Shown here one piece after another: positions 1-7,550 of a stretch of 30,968 nt of DNA. Origin of the DNA: a virus; IMG/VR virus record IMGVR_UViG_3300034073_000472. One strand, 5' to 3'. Within the stretch, counting starts at the first letter, position 1. Every line of letters starts with the position of its first letter. The notes beneath the pieces are model-generated. The model worked only from the letters and a program-made list of their open reading frames with translations. It had not been told where the DNA came from and did not search any database. The translations under genes and the position numbers were made by a program.

Positions 1-99
1 GACCAAGAGGTGATAACTGAATCAGCCGACTCCTTTGTCATCTTTGTTGATTGTATTCTCGTAGGCCTGAATCAGTACACGGACTTCATCAAGTTGCAT
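1..99. repeat. Terminal direct repeat, copy 1 (identical to 30870..30968). It marks circular closure or an assembly overlap, or possibly a short physical terminal repeat.
   Basis: Bases 1-99 (gaccaagagg...aagttgcat) recur exactly at 30870-30968, so the window begins and ends with the same 99 nt. Confidence 0.95.
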
Positions 100-156
100 T
101 AAGAGGTTCGCCTCTTGCTGCTTCAATACCTCCAAGCGTTGTGTCAAATGTTCCAT
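22..156 (-). CDS. Small coiled-coil hypothetical protein (44 aa), below the ORF-track cutoff
   Basis: Hand translation from ATG 156-154 to TGA 24-22: MEHLTQRLEVLKQQEANLLMQLDEVRVLIQAYENTINKDDKGVG, with a heptad-like pattern. It fills the gap between the 87-aa gene and the holin-like ORF and overlaps the next start by 20 nt. Confidence 0.3.
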   Translation of the reverse strand: MEHLTQRLEVLKQQEANLLMQLDEVRVLIQAYENTINKDDKGVG

Positions 157-178
157 TAGAGGTAATTACCTGCTAATT

Positions 179-442
179 TTACTCTTGTTCGCCTGACGAG
201 GGTAATACCTCCTCTACAACAGGTGCAGGCACCATCGCCCAAGCATCAGCAGCAAGTTGGCGGTAGTAGCCTTCTGCTCCCAATACCTCATCGGCTGCGG
301 GGTCGTTTACCTGAAGCACCGTGCGCCAATAAGATGAGGCGATAACTGCGCCATCTTTGGTTACATCGGTGGTCTTGCGTACTTCAATCGTTCCGTCAAG
401 TTTGACGTTGAAGGCCGAAATGTAGATTACTTCTTCAATCAT
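179..442 (-). CDS. Hypothetical protein (87 aa), the last gene after the tail fibre
   Basis: ATG-initiated ORF in the track, co-oriented, 18 nt downstream of the fibre gene. I recognised no motif. Confidence 0.55.
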   Translation of the reverse strand: MIEEVIYISAFNVKLDGTIEVRKTTDVTKDGAVIASSYWRTVLQVNDPAADEVLGAEGYYRQLAADAWAMVPAPVVEEVLPSSGEQE

Positions 443-460
443 TTTGTTTAGTTTTATTTT

Positions 461-1414
461 TTATACTGAATATACACCTGCAAAATAGGTAGAAACTGCA
501 CCACCACTATATGTTCCGCTAACATTTATATCGCAAGATGCGGATGATGAATTATGAAAAGCGGGAATATAGGTAATGCCTGAAGGTGGAACGGTGGCAA
601 AAATAGACGCACTCCTATCAGCGTTGGTAAATGGTAATCCGCTAATCACTAAACTTCCTGTGATTGCAGTGGTTGTAGGACTTAAATACCAATAAACCTG
701 CCGTCCTATTTTAGTGTATCGTCCCGTATCCGTAGAAGAAAAAGTGCCCCCCGTAATAGTCGCAGTAAAAGTCCCCTCCTCGTAGTCATCAAGGGCGTTG
801 GCTGCTGCGGTGTCCCCGTTGAAGGTTAGGCCGTTTGCCGTGATTCTTGCTCGCTCGCTACCGCCCGTATTAAATCGGATAAAACCACCGCTTGCCTCGT
901 TGTTGATTTTTAATCCATCATCAACGCCATCAAATGCAACAAAACCATAATCGGTAGTAGGTGCATCAGAATCACGAAGATAAACCGCTGCGCCCGTTGC
1001 TGACTGAATATCTAACGCTCGGCCATATCCAAAGGTATCAGTAGGCGCATCCGTGCCAATGCCTATGTTTCCTGAGCCCTTAACTACAAGTCTTTGTACA
1101 TCGTTAGTTAAAAACTCAATATCGTTGGCAGTTCTATTCCAAAACCTAATATCGTCCCCGTTCTGCGTAAATCTTTTGTTAGAATTACCAATATAAAAAT
1201 TATCGGATGCCAAGACATTACCAACAACGTGAAGGTTTTCTGATGGCCCCGTTGTTCCGACACCAACCCGTGCCGTTGACAAAGCAAGAATTGAATCATT
1301 ACCCAATCCATCGCTCAAGTATTTGGCGGTAGCACCAATCGGCCCGTTATCCGTAACCTTAATAAGGCTATCGTAGGTGTCCTGTGGGGTAGTCCCCGTT
1401 AAAGTTGTTCCCAT
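461..1414 (-). CDS. Tail fibre / receptor-binding-like protein (317 aa)
   Basis: Gly/Thr/Asn-rich beta-type sequence (MGTTLTGTTPQDTYDSLIKVTDNG..., GSGNIGIGT, repeated G-x-T stretches). It sits at the distal end of the virion module, just before the lysis genes on the circular map. Confidence 0.6.
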   Translation of the reverse strand: MGTTLTGTTPQDTYDSLIKVTDNGPIGATAKYLSDGLGNDSILALSTARVGVGTTGPSENLHVVGNVLASDNFYIGNSNKRFTQNGDDIRFWNRTANDIEFLTNDVQRLVVKGSGNIGIGTDAPTDTFGYGRALDIQSATGAAVYLRDSDAPTTDYGFVAFDGVDDGLKINNEASGGFIRFNTGGSERARITANGLTFNGDTAAANALDDYEEGTFTATITGGTFSSTDTGRYTKIGRQVYWYLSPTTTAITGSLVISGLPFTNADRSASIFATVPPSGITYIPAFHNSSSASCDINVSGTYSGGAVSTYFAGVYSV

Positions 1415-1418
1415 TTAT

Positions 1419-1628
1419 TTAACTATTCCAAGTTGTTCCAATCGTTTGCCATACCTCTCCCCAATTGTTCCAAACGTCTTGCTCAAAACTTCCGTAGAGG
1501 TTAGTTGTAGGATGCCCATAGGACAACGGCTGAACGTACCCCCAAGAGATACTATTCGTTGCAGCAGCCTGACCCCAATAGATGTCATTGTTTGCTGCTC
1601 CTTGTCCCCAATCGCCTTGTATTCCCAT
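1419..1628 (-). CDS. Trp-periodic small protein (69 aa, 7 Trp)
   Basis: ATG preceded by taggagaga. It has an 11-residue repeat (WGQGAANNDIY / WGQAAATNSIS / WG...). Its C-terminal VWQTIGTTWNS motif is shared with the 6700..6924 ORF and the 734-aa tail protein. Its stop lies 2 nt from the fibre ATG. Confidence 0.5.
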   Translation of the reverse strand: MGIQGDWGQGAANNDIYWGQAAATNSISWGYVQPLSYGHPTTNLYGSFEQDVWNNWGEVWQTIGTTWNS

Positions 1629-1694
1629 TCTCTCCTAAATAACTTTTTAGCTTGACAATGTTGCTCGGCTTCGGTTTGTACGTATCCTTTTTCT

Positions 1695-2195
1695 TTAAAG
1701 TACCCATGATGCGAAATTTGCATCAGTATCTGGAAATACATCCGAATTGCTATTCTGGTAGTATTCCGGAAACTGCGCTTGGTTGTAACTCATGTAAGTG
1801 ATAAAACGATCCGTGTAGTACTGAGCAAGGTCTCTTGCCTTTCCCACCAGATAGTCGACTTCTACTTTCTCTGCCGTAGTAGAGTTCTCCGAATTGTGCT
1901 TGAACACCCCTCCGTTGCCGATCGTGTAAGCCGCAAACGGCAGATATTCCACCATGGCCCAATGTATGAGCATGGGTTGAAGGTAGGTGTTGACCAGAGT
2001 CAAGTATGTACCGGACAGGGTTCCTGCAATGATCTCATTGCTGATCTTGTCGTACAACTTGGTTCCGGTGTAGTTTTGGATGTGGATCTCCTGAGCAATC
2101 TTAATAAACTGAATAAACTTGTCTGTGTCGACATTACCGCCAATAGCGGTGTTACGCACCAGATCCTCTCGCTTGATCCATAAAGCCGTTGCCAT
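1695..2195 (-). CDS. Hypothetical virion protein, possibly a head-tail connector/adaptor (166 aa)
   Basis: It lies immediately downstream of the portal gene (3-nt gap). The N-terminal pattern (REDLVRNTAIGGNVDTDKFIQFIKIAQEIHIQNYTG) resembles gp6/gp15-type connector proteins. The assignment rests on position and pattern only. Confidence 0.45.
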   Translation of the reverse strand: MATALWIKREDLVRNTAIGGNVDTDKFIQFIKIAQEIHIQNYTGTKLYDKISNEIIAGTLSGTYLTLVNTYLQPMLIHWAMVEYLPFAAYTIGNGGVFKHNSENSTTAEKVEVDYLVGKARDLAQYYTDRFITYMSYNQAQFPEYYQNSNSDVFPDTDANFASWVL

Positions 2196-2198
2196 CTC

Positions 2199-4073
2199 TT
2201 ATCGTGGGTTTAAGTATCCATTATTTGGCATGTCGATCGGTCGCTTCGCCACAAGCGGATCGTTGGTCTCCAGAGGTACGCCTGCCTTCTTGGCTTGGTT
2301 TACGCTGACCTGCTTCTCGTTACTCTCGAATTGAGCATTGCTATCCGGTGCCGTCTTAAACGTGCCATCCGGATTCCGCTTTCTAAAGTAGGTTTTCCTC
2401 ATCCAAAAGTGGTGGCAATTAGCTCCACCCTTGTAAAACCAGATCGAGTAGGTATTTGTGCCATAGGGTCCAAAGCCAGCATTCACCGCTTTGTTACCCA
2501 TTGCCTCGATGTCCTCTTTCCGGTAGACCTTGTTTGCTGCTACCATTTTCTTGCAGAACTCTCTCGAATCCTGACCTGCTCGGTTTGGAGCATACGAGTA
2601 ACGGACTTTGTATAGTCCCATATCCTGCTCACTACGCTCATAGGGCTTAGCAGAAGCGACATAAGCGAGTTTTAGCATCGAGTCGAGGGCATCCTCTTGC
2701 TCATAGTCTACGGCTCGCTCATCAACGAGTTCCCACTCGTCCTCATCAATCGTTTCTCCCAATTCATCCAACTCCAAAAACATGGCTTCCATCTCATGCT
2801 CTGATGCTTCTACCGGAACGCAATTAGGCACTCTCTTTCCGTCCTTCATCTTAAAGCCGATCATCTCGTAGCCATCCCAGCACGGCTCTTCGAGATTGAC
2901 CGCACTCAGCTTCACTCCCGTTTCCTCTTCACGGGTCTCTGCATCCATCGGTGTTTCGATGTCCTGCGTGAACTCCAGAGGTTGCAAGGTCTTGAAGTAG
3001 ATGTTCAGTCGAAGGTCATTGTAAGAGAGGATCTTCTCCAATGCATCAAGTATCACCTCTTGCATCGGTCGGATCACGATATTGTCAAACAGGACAGATG
3101 CCGTCTTCAGCTCATCCGCATTGTTTCCAAGTCCTGACTGGTCCTTAATACCCAAAAGCATCGGTGAGGTGATGCGGTGAGCAACCATCAGCTTCTGCGT
3201 GGACTCCGAAGAGAGGAATTGGTATTGGTTATGGGCATCCGACAACTGCACCGGATCAATCGTAGCAGCCAACTCCTTATTGTCGTTGAATGCGAGGATG
3301 AATTTTCCGGCATTAGATGATCCGCTAAACTTCTGGGCGATCTGCATCTCGATCTGCCTGCGTTCCTCTTCACTCGGTACTCCGTTGTTGAAGTTGATCA
3401 TCATGCTCGGAGCAAGGCCATTCTGCACATTGTTGATGTGGTAGTTGGCAATCTCCTCTTCTAATTCTGCGTAAGGCAGACCTCCTTGGTAATCGACCGG
3501 TGAGTAGTAATAGAATCCTGCTCGGTAAGGTTTTACGTACAGGATCTCGATCCCTTCCTTGCTTGTACCAAATGCTGGTATACGCACCGGCTGCTCTCTA
3601 CGGCTCGCAACGTCCTCCCATGACTTGGCATAGTAGTACCCTTCGACCTCTCCCTCATCATTGCAACGCTCTGCTCGCAACGTCTCGACCGGAAGGTGAT
3701 GTACCTCCGTGATCGTATTGTGATCCATCGAGTAGATGATCTGGAAAGCACATTGCCCCATCATCTTGTAATCGGCAACTGCTCTCCGGACGGTGTCCTT
3801 GGTCAACAGACCACGCATCGCTGCATACTCGCTTGGTTTACGAGCAGAATCCGTAGCATCCAGACCCTTGCCGTAGATAAAGTCGATCACGCCATTGATC
3901 AGGGCGTTGTTGGTAGGTGATCCATTGTACCTGTCAATCAGGTATTGAAAGTAATTGTTGTCCTCTCCGTACTCCACCCAGTCCTTGCCCTGTACCTCCT
4001 TAACTACCGGAGTAGTGTAAGAGGATAGATTGACAACGTGAACCTTGCTTCCGTTAGATGATGATGTAGTCAT
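2199..4073 (-). CDS. Portal protein fused to a C-terminal MuF/SPP1 gp7-like minor head domain (624 aa)
   Basis: The N-terminal ~390 aa are portal-like. An acidic linker with CWDGYEMIGFKMKDGKRVPNCVP follows. The C-terminus has REFCKKM...GPYGTNTYSIWFYKGGANCHHFW, which resembles the MuF/gp7 head-morphogenesis signature (GGxNCRC-type). Confidence 0.8.
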   Translation of the reverse strand: MTTSSSNGSKVHVVNLSSYTTPVVKEVQGKDWVEYGEDNNYFQYLIDRYNGSPTNNALINGVIDFIYGKGLDATDSARKPSEYAAMRGLLTKDTVRRAVADYKMMGQCAFQIIYSMDHNTITEVHHLPVETLRAERCNDEGEVEGYYYAKSWEDVASRREQPVRIPAFGTSKEGIEILYVKPYRAGFYYYSPVDYQGGLPYAELEEEIANYHINNVQNGLAPSMMINFNNGVPSEEERRQIEMQIAQKFSGSSNAGKFILAFNDNKELAATIDPVQLSDAHNQYQFLSSESTQKLMVAHRITSPMLLGIKDQSGLGNNADELKTASVLFDNIVIRPMQEVILDALEKILSYNDLRLNIYFKTLQPLEFTQDIETPMDAETREEETGVKLSAVNLEEPCWDGYEMIGFKMKDGKRVPNCVPVEASEHEMEAMFLELDELGETIDEDEWELVDERAVDYEQEDALDSMLKLAYVASAKPYERSEQDMGLYKVRYSYAPNRAGQDSREFCKKMVAANKVYRKEDIEAMGNKAVNAGFGPYGTNTYSIWFYKGGANCHHFWMRKTYFRKRNPDGTFKTAPDSNAQFESNEKQVSVNQAKKAGVPLETNDPLVAKRPIDMPNNGYLNPR

Positions 4074-4389
4074 TGTCGTATGTTGTTTCCTCGGTGTATA
4101 CTCCAGCGTTTACCGTGAACTTCGGGTAATTCGTTTGTGAAGTTACAAAAACCCTGTCTCTGTAAATTAGATTTCCCGAATTAAAAACCTTCAGCCCATA
4201 GAATCGGTTGTTCACCAGATCAAAAGTCCCTGTAAGGGTCATAAAACCATTCGCAGAGGTGGCTGATACGGCAGGCGTAGCCGTGGTATTCGTTGACTCA
4301 TCCACAAGGGCAATCGTAACGCTCGCAGGAAAACTGCGGGGTATGATCACGATGTCTTGTGGGTCTGTTGATTCCTCGAGTATATGCAT
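4054..4389 (-). CDS. Hypothetical beta-rich protein (111 aa), probably a virion component
   Basis: ATG ORF overlapping the portal start by 20 nt and preceded by a terminator. The sequence is beta-strand-like (VTIALVDESTN..., FYGLKVFNSGNLIYRDRVFV). Confidence 0.5.
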   Translation of the reverse strand: MHILEESTDPQDIVIIPRSFPASVTIALVDESTNTTATPAVSATSANGFMTLTGTFDLVNNRFYGLKVFNSGNLIYRDRVFVTSQTNYPKFTVNAGVYTEETTYDNDYIII

Positions 4390-4425
4390 CTCAAGTAAAT
4401 AACCGCATCAGAACTTTTTGTAATG

Positions 4426-4447
4426 AAAAAGGGGGCTTACGCCCCCC
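4426..4447 (-). terminator. Rho-independent terminator after the 182-aa gene
   Basis: Minus-strand RNA GGGGGC-GUAA-GCCCCC followed by UUUUU (plus strand aaaaagggggcttacgcccccc). Confidence 0.75.
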
Positions 4448-4497
4448 TTCCAAATTGAATAGCTAATCAGTTAAGATTTGCTTCCACTAATATACGA

Positions 4498-5046
4498 TTA
4501 GGAATTCGTACCTACAACGATCGTATCCGTAGCACTTGAACATCCGGCAAACGGATTGTTCAACGTAGCACCAGAGATGAAGTTAGCAGGCAGTTGTTCC
4601 TGTGCTTCCATCGTCAACGTGTACCCGGACAGATCACCCATAGCAGCACCCGTTACAATAGTACCTCCGGTAACCTCAGCCCCGTAGTTCTTGCCCATAA
4701 GGAAAGCATTGCCATTGTAGTCCTCGACCACCACATACGGACGTCCGTAGGCGAGTAACTTCAATTCCTTGTTGTCCTCTTTGGTCAATTTGGTCAAGGT
4801 CAGGTTCAACGTCTGCGTAAAGAAGGTAGTACCATTCTCACGGCTTGAGTTGAACGCTTGCTCGAATGAGCTATTGCCCTTTACCACATATTGGTAAGCA
4901 GAGAAAGTTCCGCTGATGTCCGTTACCTCATCGTTCGTGAGGGTAACGCTTGAAAAGTCCCCGAAGTCAACGAAGTAAACGGCACGGATGCCACCTACTA
5001 CGTCTTTACACGGAACCGCACGTCCTTTTGTTAAATCGCAAGCCAT
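4498..5046 (-). CDS. Abundant virion protein candidate: major tail tube or head decoration protein (182 aa)
   Basis: It is directly downstream of the major capsid gene and bracketed by two strong terminators. The sequence is beta-rich (GGIRAVYFVDFGDF..., LTLTKLTKEDNKELKLLAYGRPYVVVEDYNGNAFLMG). The specific function is inferred from context. Confidence 0.5.
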   Translation of the reverse strand: MACDLTKGRAVPCKDVVGGIRAVYFVDFGDFSSVTLTNDEVTDISGTFSAYQYVVKGNSSFEQAFNSSRENGTTFFTQTLNLTLTKLTKEDNKELKLLAYGRPYVVVEDYNGNAFLMGKNYGAEVTGGTIVTGAAMGDLSGYTLTMEAQEQLPANFISGATLNNPFAGCSSATDTIVVGTNS

Positions 5047-5063
5047 TGTGTTTTGTTTGAATT

Positions 5064-5095
5064 AAAAAAGGGGGCGGGGCAGAACCCACACCCCC
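5064..5095 (-). terminator. Rho-independent terminator after the major capsid gene
   Basis: Minus-strand RNA GGGGGUGUGGG-UUCU-GCCCCGCCCCC followed by UUUUUU. The stem has 7 contiguous pairs (one G-U), one mismatch, then 2 more pairs. Confidence 0.6.
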
Positions 5096-5120
5096 TCGTG
5101 GTTTAACTTATTCGCTCGGA

Positions 5121-6047
5121 TTAAGAGTAGAGAACTACGTCAGAACCGATGCCGTACTGAACACCTGCGAAGAAACGCAAGATCACACGGATGTTGTCCG
5201 ATCCATCGAGGTCAGCCATGTCAAGGACACGAACCTCGTTGCGCTCGTTCAACAGACCGGTGCCGAAGTACAGGTTGCTCGATTGAGCAGCAACCATCTT
5301 GTTCGAAGGCAATCCGTTGACCATAGCAACACGAACACCATCAAAGAACAACGGCTCAGAGCCGTACCACATGGTACCCTTGTTGTCAACACCATTAGCA
5401 CCCAGACCTGAAGCACCGAAACCACCCAAAGCACGAACGTATGCCTTAGCAACGTTTTGCGGAACGTAGATGGTCAGATCCTCCTTGCCGTAAAGGGCAG
5501 CAGGAATAGCGTCCATTACCTTGCCAAGCTCGTCAATAACGTTGGCAGCCGTTACCGTGGTAGCGGTTACGTCAACTACGTCAGAGTCAGCAGTCATCAA
5601 AGACAGGAAGCCGCTGAACTCACCTGCTGAAGCAGCATTGCCATTCCAAATGTTCTGCTCAATCTTTTGGGCAGTCTTGGCAGCAACGTGAGCGATCAAG
5701 AAGTCAGCGAACGAAGCCGGGATGCTGTCGTAGGCAGAGAAGCCCATCTGGCCACCGATCCATGAATCGTAGTAGTCCTTCTTGCAGAGTTGCAGGTTAA
5801 CCTGAAACGGCTCAACCTCCAGAACTCGGTCGGTGAGGGTCAGGGTAGACGTAGCAGTGAAGTCGCACGTTGCATCCTTTACGATGTCATCCGTGTTAAC
5901 CTTCTGCAGGGTAGTCTTGAAGTTTACGTTCGGCAGGATCTCAACGAGTCCTTTGTCGAGCGTGTCGGCAGAAAGCAGAGCAGCACTGATGTACTTGCTT
6001 GCAAACTGACCAGCGTAGTTGGTAGTGATTGAAGTGGTCGTAGCCAT
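5121..6047 (-). CDS. Major capsid protein, HK97-fold type (308 aa)
   Basis: Typical length and sequence character (MATTTSITTNYAGQF..., EVEPFQVNLQLCKKDYYDSW, SNLYFGTGLLNERNEVRVLDM). It follows a scaffold-like gene and is followed by a strong terminator. Confidence 0.85.
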   Translation of the reverse strand: MATTTSITTNYAGQFASKYISAALLSADTLDKGLVEILPNVNFKTTLQKVNTDDIVKDATCDFTATSTLTLTDRVLEVEPFQVNLQLCKKDYYDSWIGGQMGFSAYDSIPASFADFLIAHVAAKTAQKIEQNIWNGNAASAGEFSGFLSLMTADSDVVDVTATTVTAANVIDELGKVMDAIPAALYGKEDLTIYVPQNVAKAYVRALGGFGASGLGANGVDNKGTMWYGSEPLFFDGVRVAMVNGLPSNKMVAAQSSNLYFGTGLLNERNEVRVLDMADLDGSDNIRVILRFFAGVQYGIGSDVVLYS

Positions 6048-6059
6048 TTTCTGAATTGA

Positions 6060-6659
6060 TTAGTTGTTAAGACGTGCAAGGACTCGGTCAATCGCCTTTG
6101 CGGGGCGGTTAAATTCTACCTTGTTGACTTGCTTTGTTTCGGGGTTGTGTTTAATGGGCTTGGCAGCGCTCTGTGAAGAGAATTTCTGCTCTACGGCAGC
6201 CATTTCCTCTTTCTTAGCGTATCCACCCATTTCCTCACGCATTGCTTTCATTTCCTCACGCATCATTGCAACCTCTTCGATCACCTTAGCAATCGCATCA
6301 GCCAAATCAGCAGCAGGCATTTCCTCTTTTACTTCGACCTCTGCGAGTTCGGTAGCAGGCTCTTCGGCAGAGGCCTCAACCTCTACTTCAACCTTTGCTT
6401 CCTCTTCAGCACCGGCCTCTTTAATCTCGGCAATTACTCCCTCTTCGCTAACCACAAGAATGCGGCCGTCTCCGAGCAAGTGTTCACCCACGGGAGCAGG
6501 TACACGATCTTCGCCACTAATGACAAAAACCTCGTTGCCTGACTCAAATGCTTCAGCTTCAAGAACGGCTCCGTTCTCAAGCGTCATTTGCTCAAACTTC
6601 ACTTCACGAACGGAAGCGAGTTCAGCAAGGATTCGGTTTAGGATATTATTTGCTTTCAT
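6060..6659 (-). CDS. Scaffolding protein (199 aa, using the internal ATG at 6659)
   Basis: MKANNILNRILAELASV... followed by a long acidic, Ala/Glu-rich helical region (EEAKVEVEVEASAEEPATELAEVEVKEE, MMREEMKAMREEM). It lies immediately upstream of the capsid gene. The track ORF extends to 6830, but that extension overlaps the 6700..6924 ORF. Confidence 0.65.
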   Translation of the reverse strand: MKANNILNRILAELASVREVKFEQMTLENGAVLEAEAFESGNEVFVISGEDRVPAPVGEHLLGDGRILVVSEEGVIAEIKEAGAEEEAKVEVEVEASAEEPATELAEVEVKEEMPAADLADAIAKVIEEVAMMREEMKAMREEMGGYAKKEEMAAVEQKFSSQSAAKPIKHNPETKQVNKVEFNRPAKAIDRVLARLNN

Positions 6660-6699
6660 ATCTAAGTAAATAAAAAGGGTTAGTTGATTTGTTACATTT

Positions 6700-6924
6700 T
6701 TACAAGTCCTGCCACAACGTGTTCGTGGCCTCCCATCGTGTGTTGATGGTTTGCCATTCCTCGCCTCTGATCCGGACGCTGATCCCTTGACCAACCAGAG
6801 ATCCAACGCCCTGAGCAGGCAGTGATCCATCGCAACATGCTCTGGAATACTTATTGTCCTTGCACAAGCATCCTCGGTTACCCCCTCTTGGTGATGCTAC
6901 CGGAAGTCTTTGTCTTCTGATCAT
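6700..6924 (-). CDS. Small Cys/Trp-rich protein (74 aa, using the internal ATG at 6924)
   Basis: ATGA start/stop overlap with the upstream 209-aa gene. Sequence: MIRRQRLPVASPRGGNRGCLCKDNKYSRACCDGS...EEWQTINTRWEATNTLWQDL. The C-terminal WQTI(N/G)T(R/T)W motif is shared with the 69-aa ORF, with 13/14 nt identity at gtttgccat(a/t)cctc. Confidence 0.45.
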   Translation of the reverse strand: MIRRQRLPVASPRGGNRGCLCKDNKYSRACCDGSLPAQGVGSLVGQGISVRIRGEEWQTINTRWEATNTLWQDL

Positions 6925-7550
6925 CGTGATTGGGTTCTCTGAATGAAAAATATAATATCCCACACAAGGACTGCTCCGCCTACTGCGGTCAACTGCCAAT
7001 AGTTTCCGTTGGTCAAAAAGTCCTCATCAACGTAATATTGGAATACGTTGTGAAACGGATGCTCTACATCGTTGCCTCGTGGGAATGCGATTGTTGCTGC
7101 CAAACGCTCGTAGGGCGTTCCGTTGCCACCTTCAAGGCGCAGCTCTGCGTACGTTTGTTGGGCGTTTGCTGCGCTCGCTTTGAATACGATGGTGGCGATG
7201 TAGGTGTCATTCTCTGCGATTCCATACACACGCCCTGTGGTGGGGTTGTACAGGTCAGCAGGCGTATTGAGGTATGAGGTGATTGTTGCTCCGTTGTTGG
7301 GCAGCAAAGCAGCTACTCCATCAGCGAACGTCAGCTTGTTGCTTGATGTATATTGACCATCATCCCAACGCACCCAACCAAGCCCTTGTGCGTTGCTTGT
7401 ATTTAGGTTTACCCATTCACCAGAACGCACAATCCAATAGCCCGTTTCGGTTTGAACTATTGAGCCCTCTTCAATGGCATAAGTCAAACGCTCCGCATCA
7501 CTGATAACGTCCGTCTGTACCTTGATTGCCGTGTTCTTTCTTGTACTCAT
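6921..7550 (-). CDS. Hypothetical virion protein, beta-sandwich-like (209 aa)
   Basis: ATGA overlap with the protease gene stop. It sits between the protease and the scaffold. I recognised no named motif. Confidence 0.55.
   Translation of the reverse strand: MSTRKNTAIKVQTDVISDAERLTYAIEEGSIVQTETGYWIVRSGEWVNLNTSNAQGLGWVRWDDGQYTSSNKLTFADGVAALLPNNGATITSYLNTPADLYNPTTGRVYGIAENDTYIATIVFKASAANAQQTYAELRLEGGNGTPYERLAATIAFPRGNDVEHPFHNVFQYYVDEDFLTNGNYWQLTAVGGAVLVWDIIFFIQRTQSR

Noticed and set aside
1415-1741. A 108-aa alternative-frame ORF overlapping the 69-aa Trp-rich ORF
   Set aside because: It overlaps the upstream 166-aa gene by 47 nt and has no recognisable features. The 69-aa frame has an internal repeat, a shared motif with two other proteins and a better start context. 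The two cannot both be favoured, and comparative data would settle it.
6064-6669. A 201-aa plus-strand ORF, the longest plus-strand ORF in the track
   Set aside because: It is exactly antisense to the scaffold gene. The Ser/Ala-rich low-complexity sequence is the mirror image of the Glu/Ala-rich scaffold codons. It has no independent signals and no plus-strand neighbours.
6660-6830. The N-terminal 57-aa extension of the scaffold ORF (track 6060..6830)
   Set aside because: The extension (MDHCLLRALDLWLVKGSASG...) is not scaffold-like and overlaps the 74-aa ORF. That ORF has an ATGA coupling to the upstream gene and motif and DNA similarity to the 69-aa ORF. The internal MKANNIL start at 6659 gives a typical scaffold protein.
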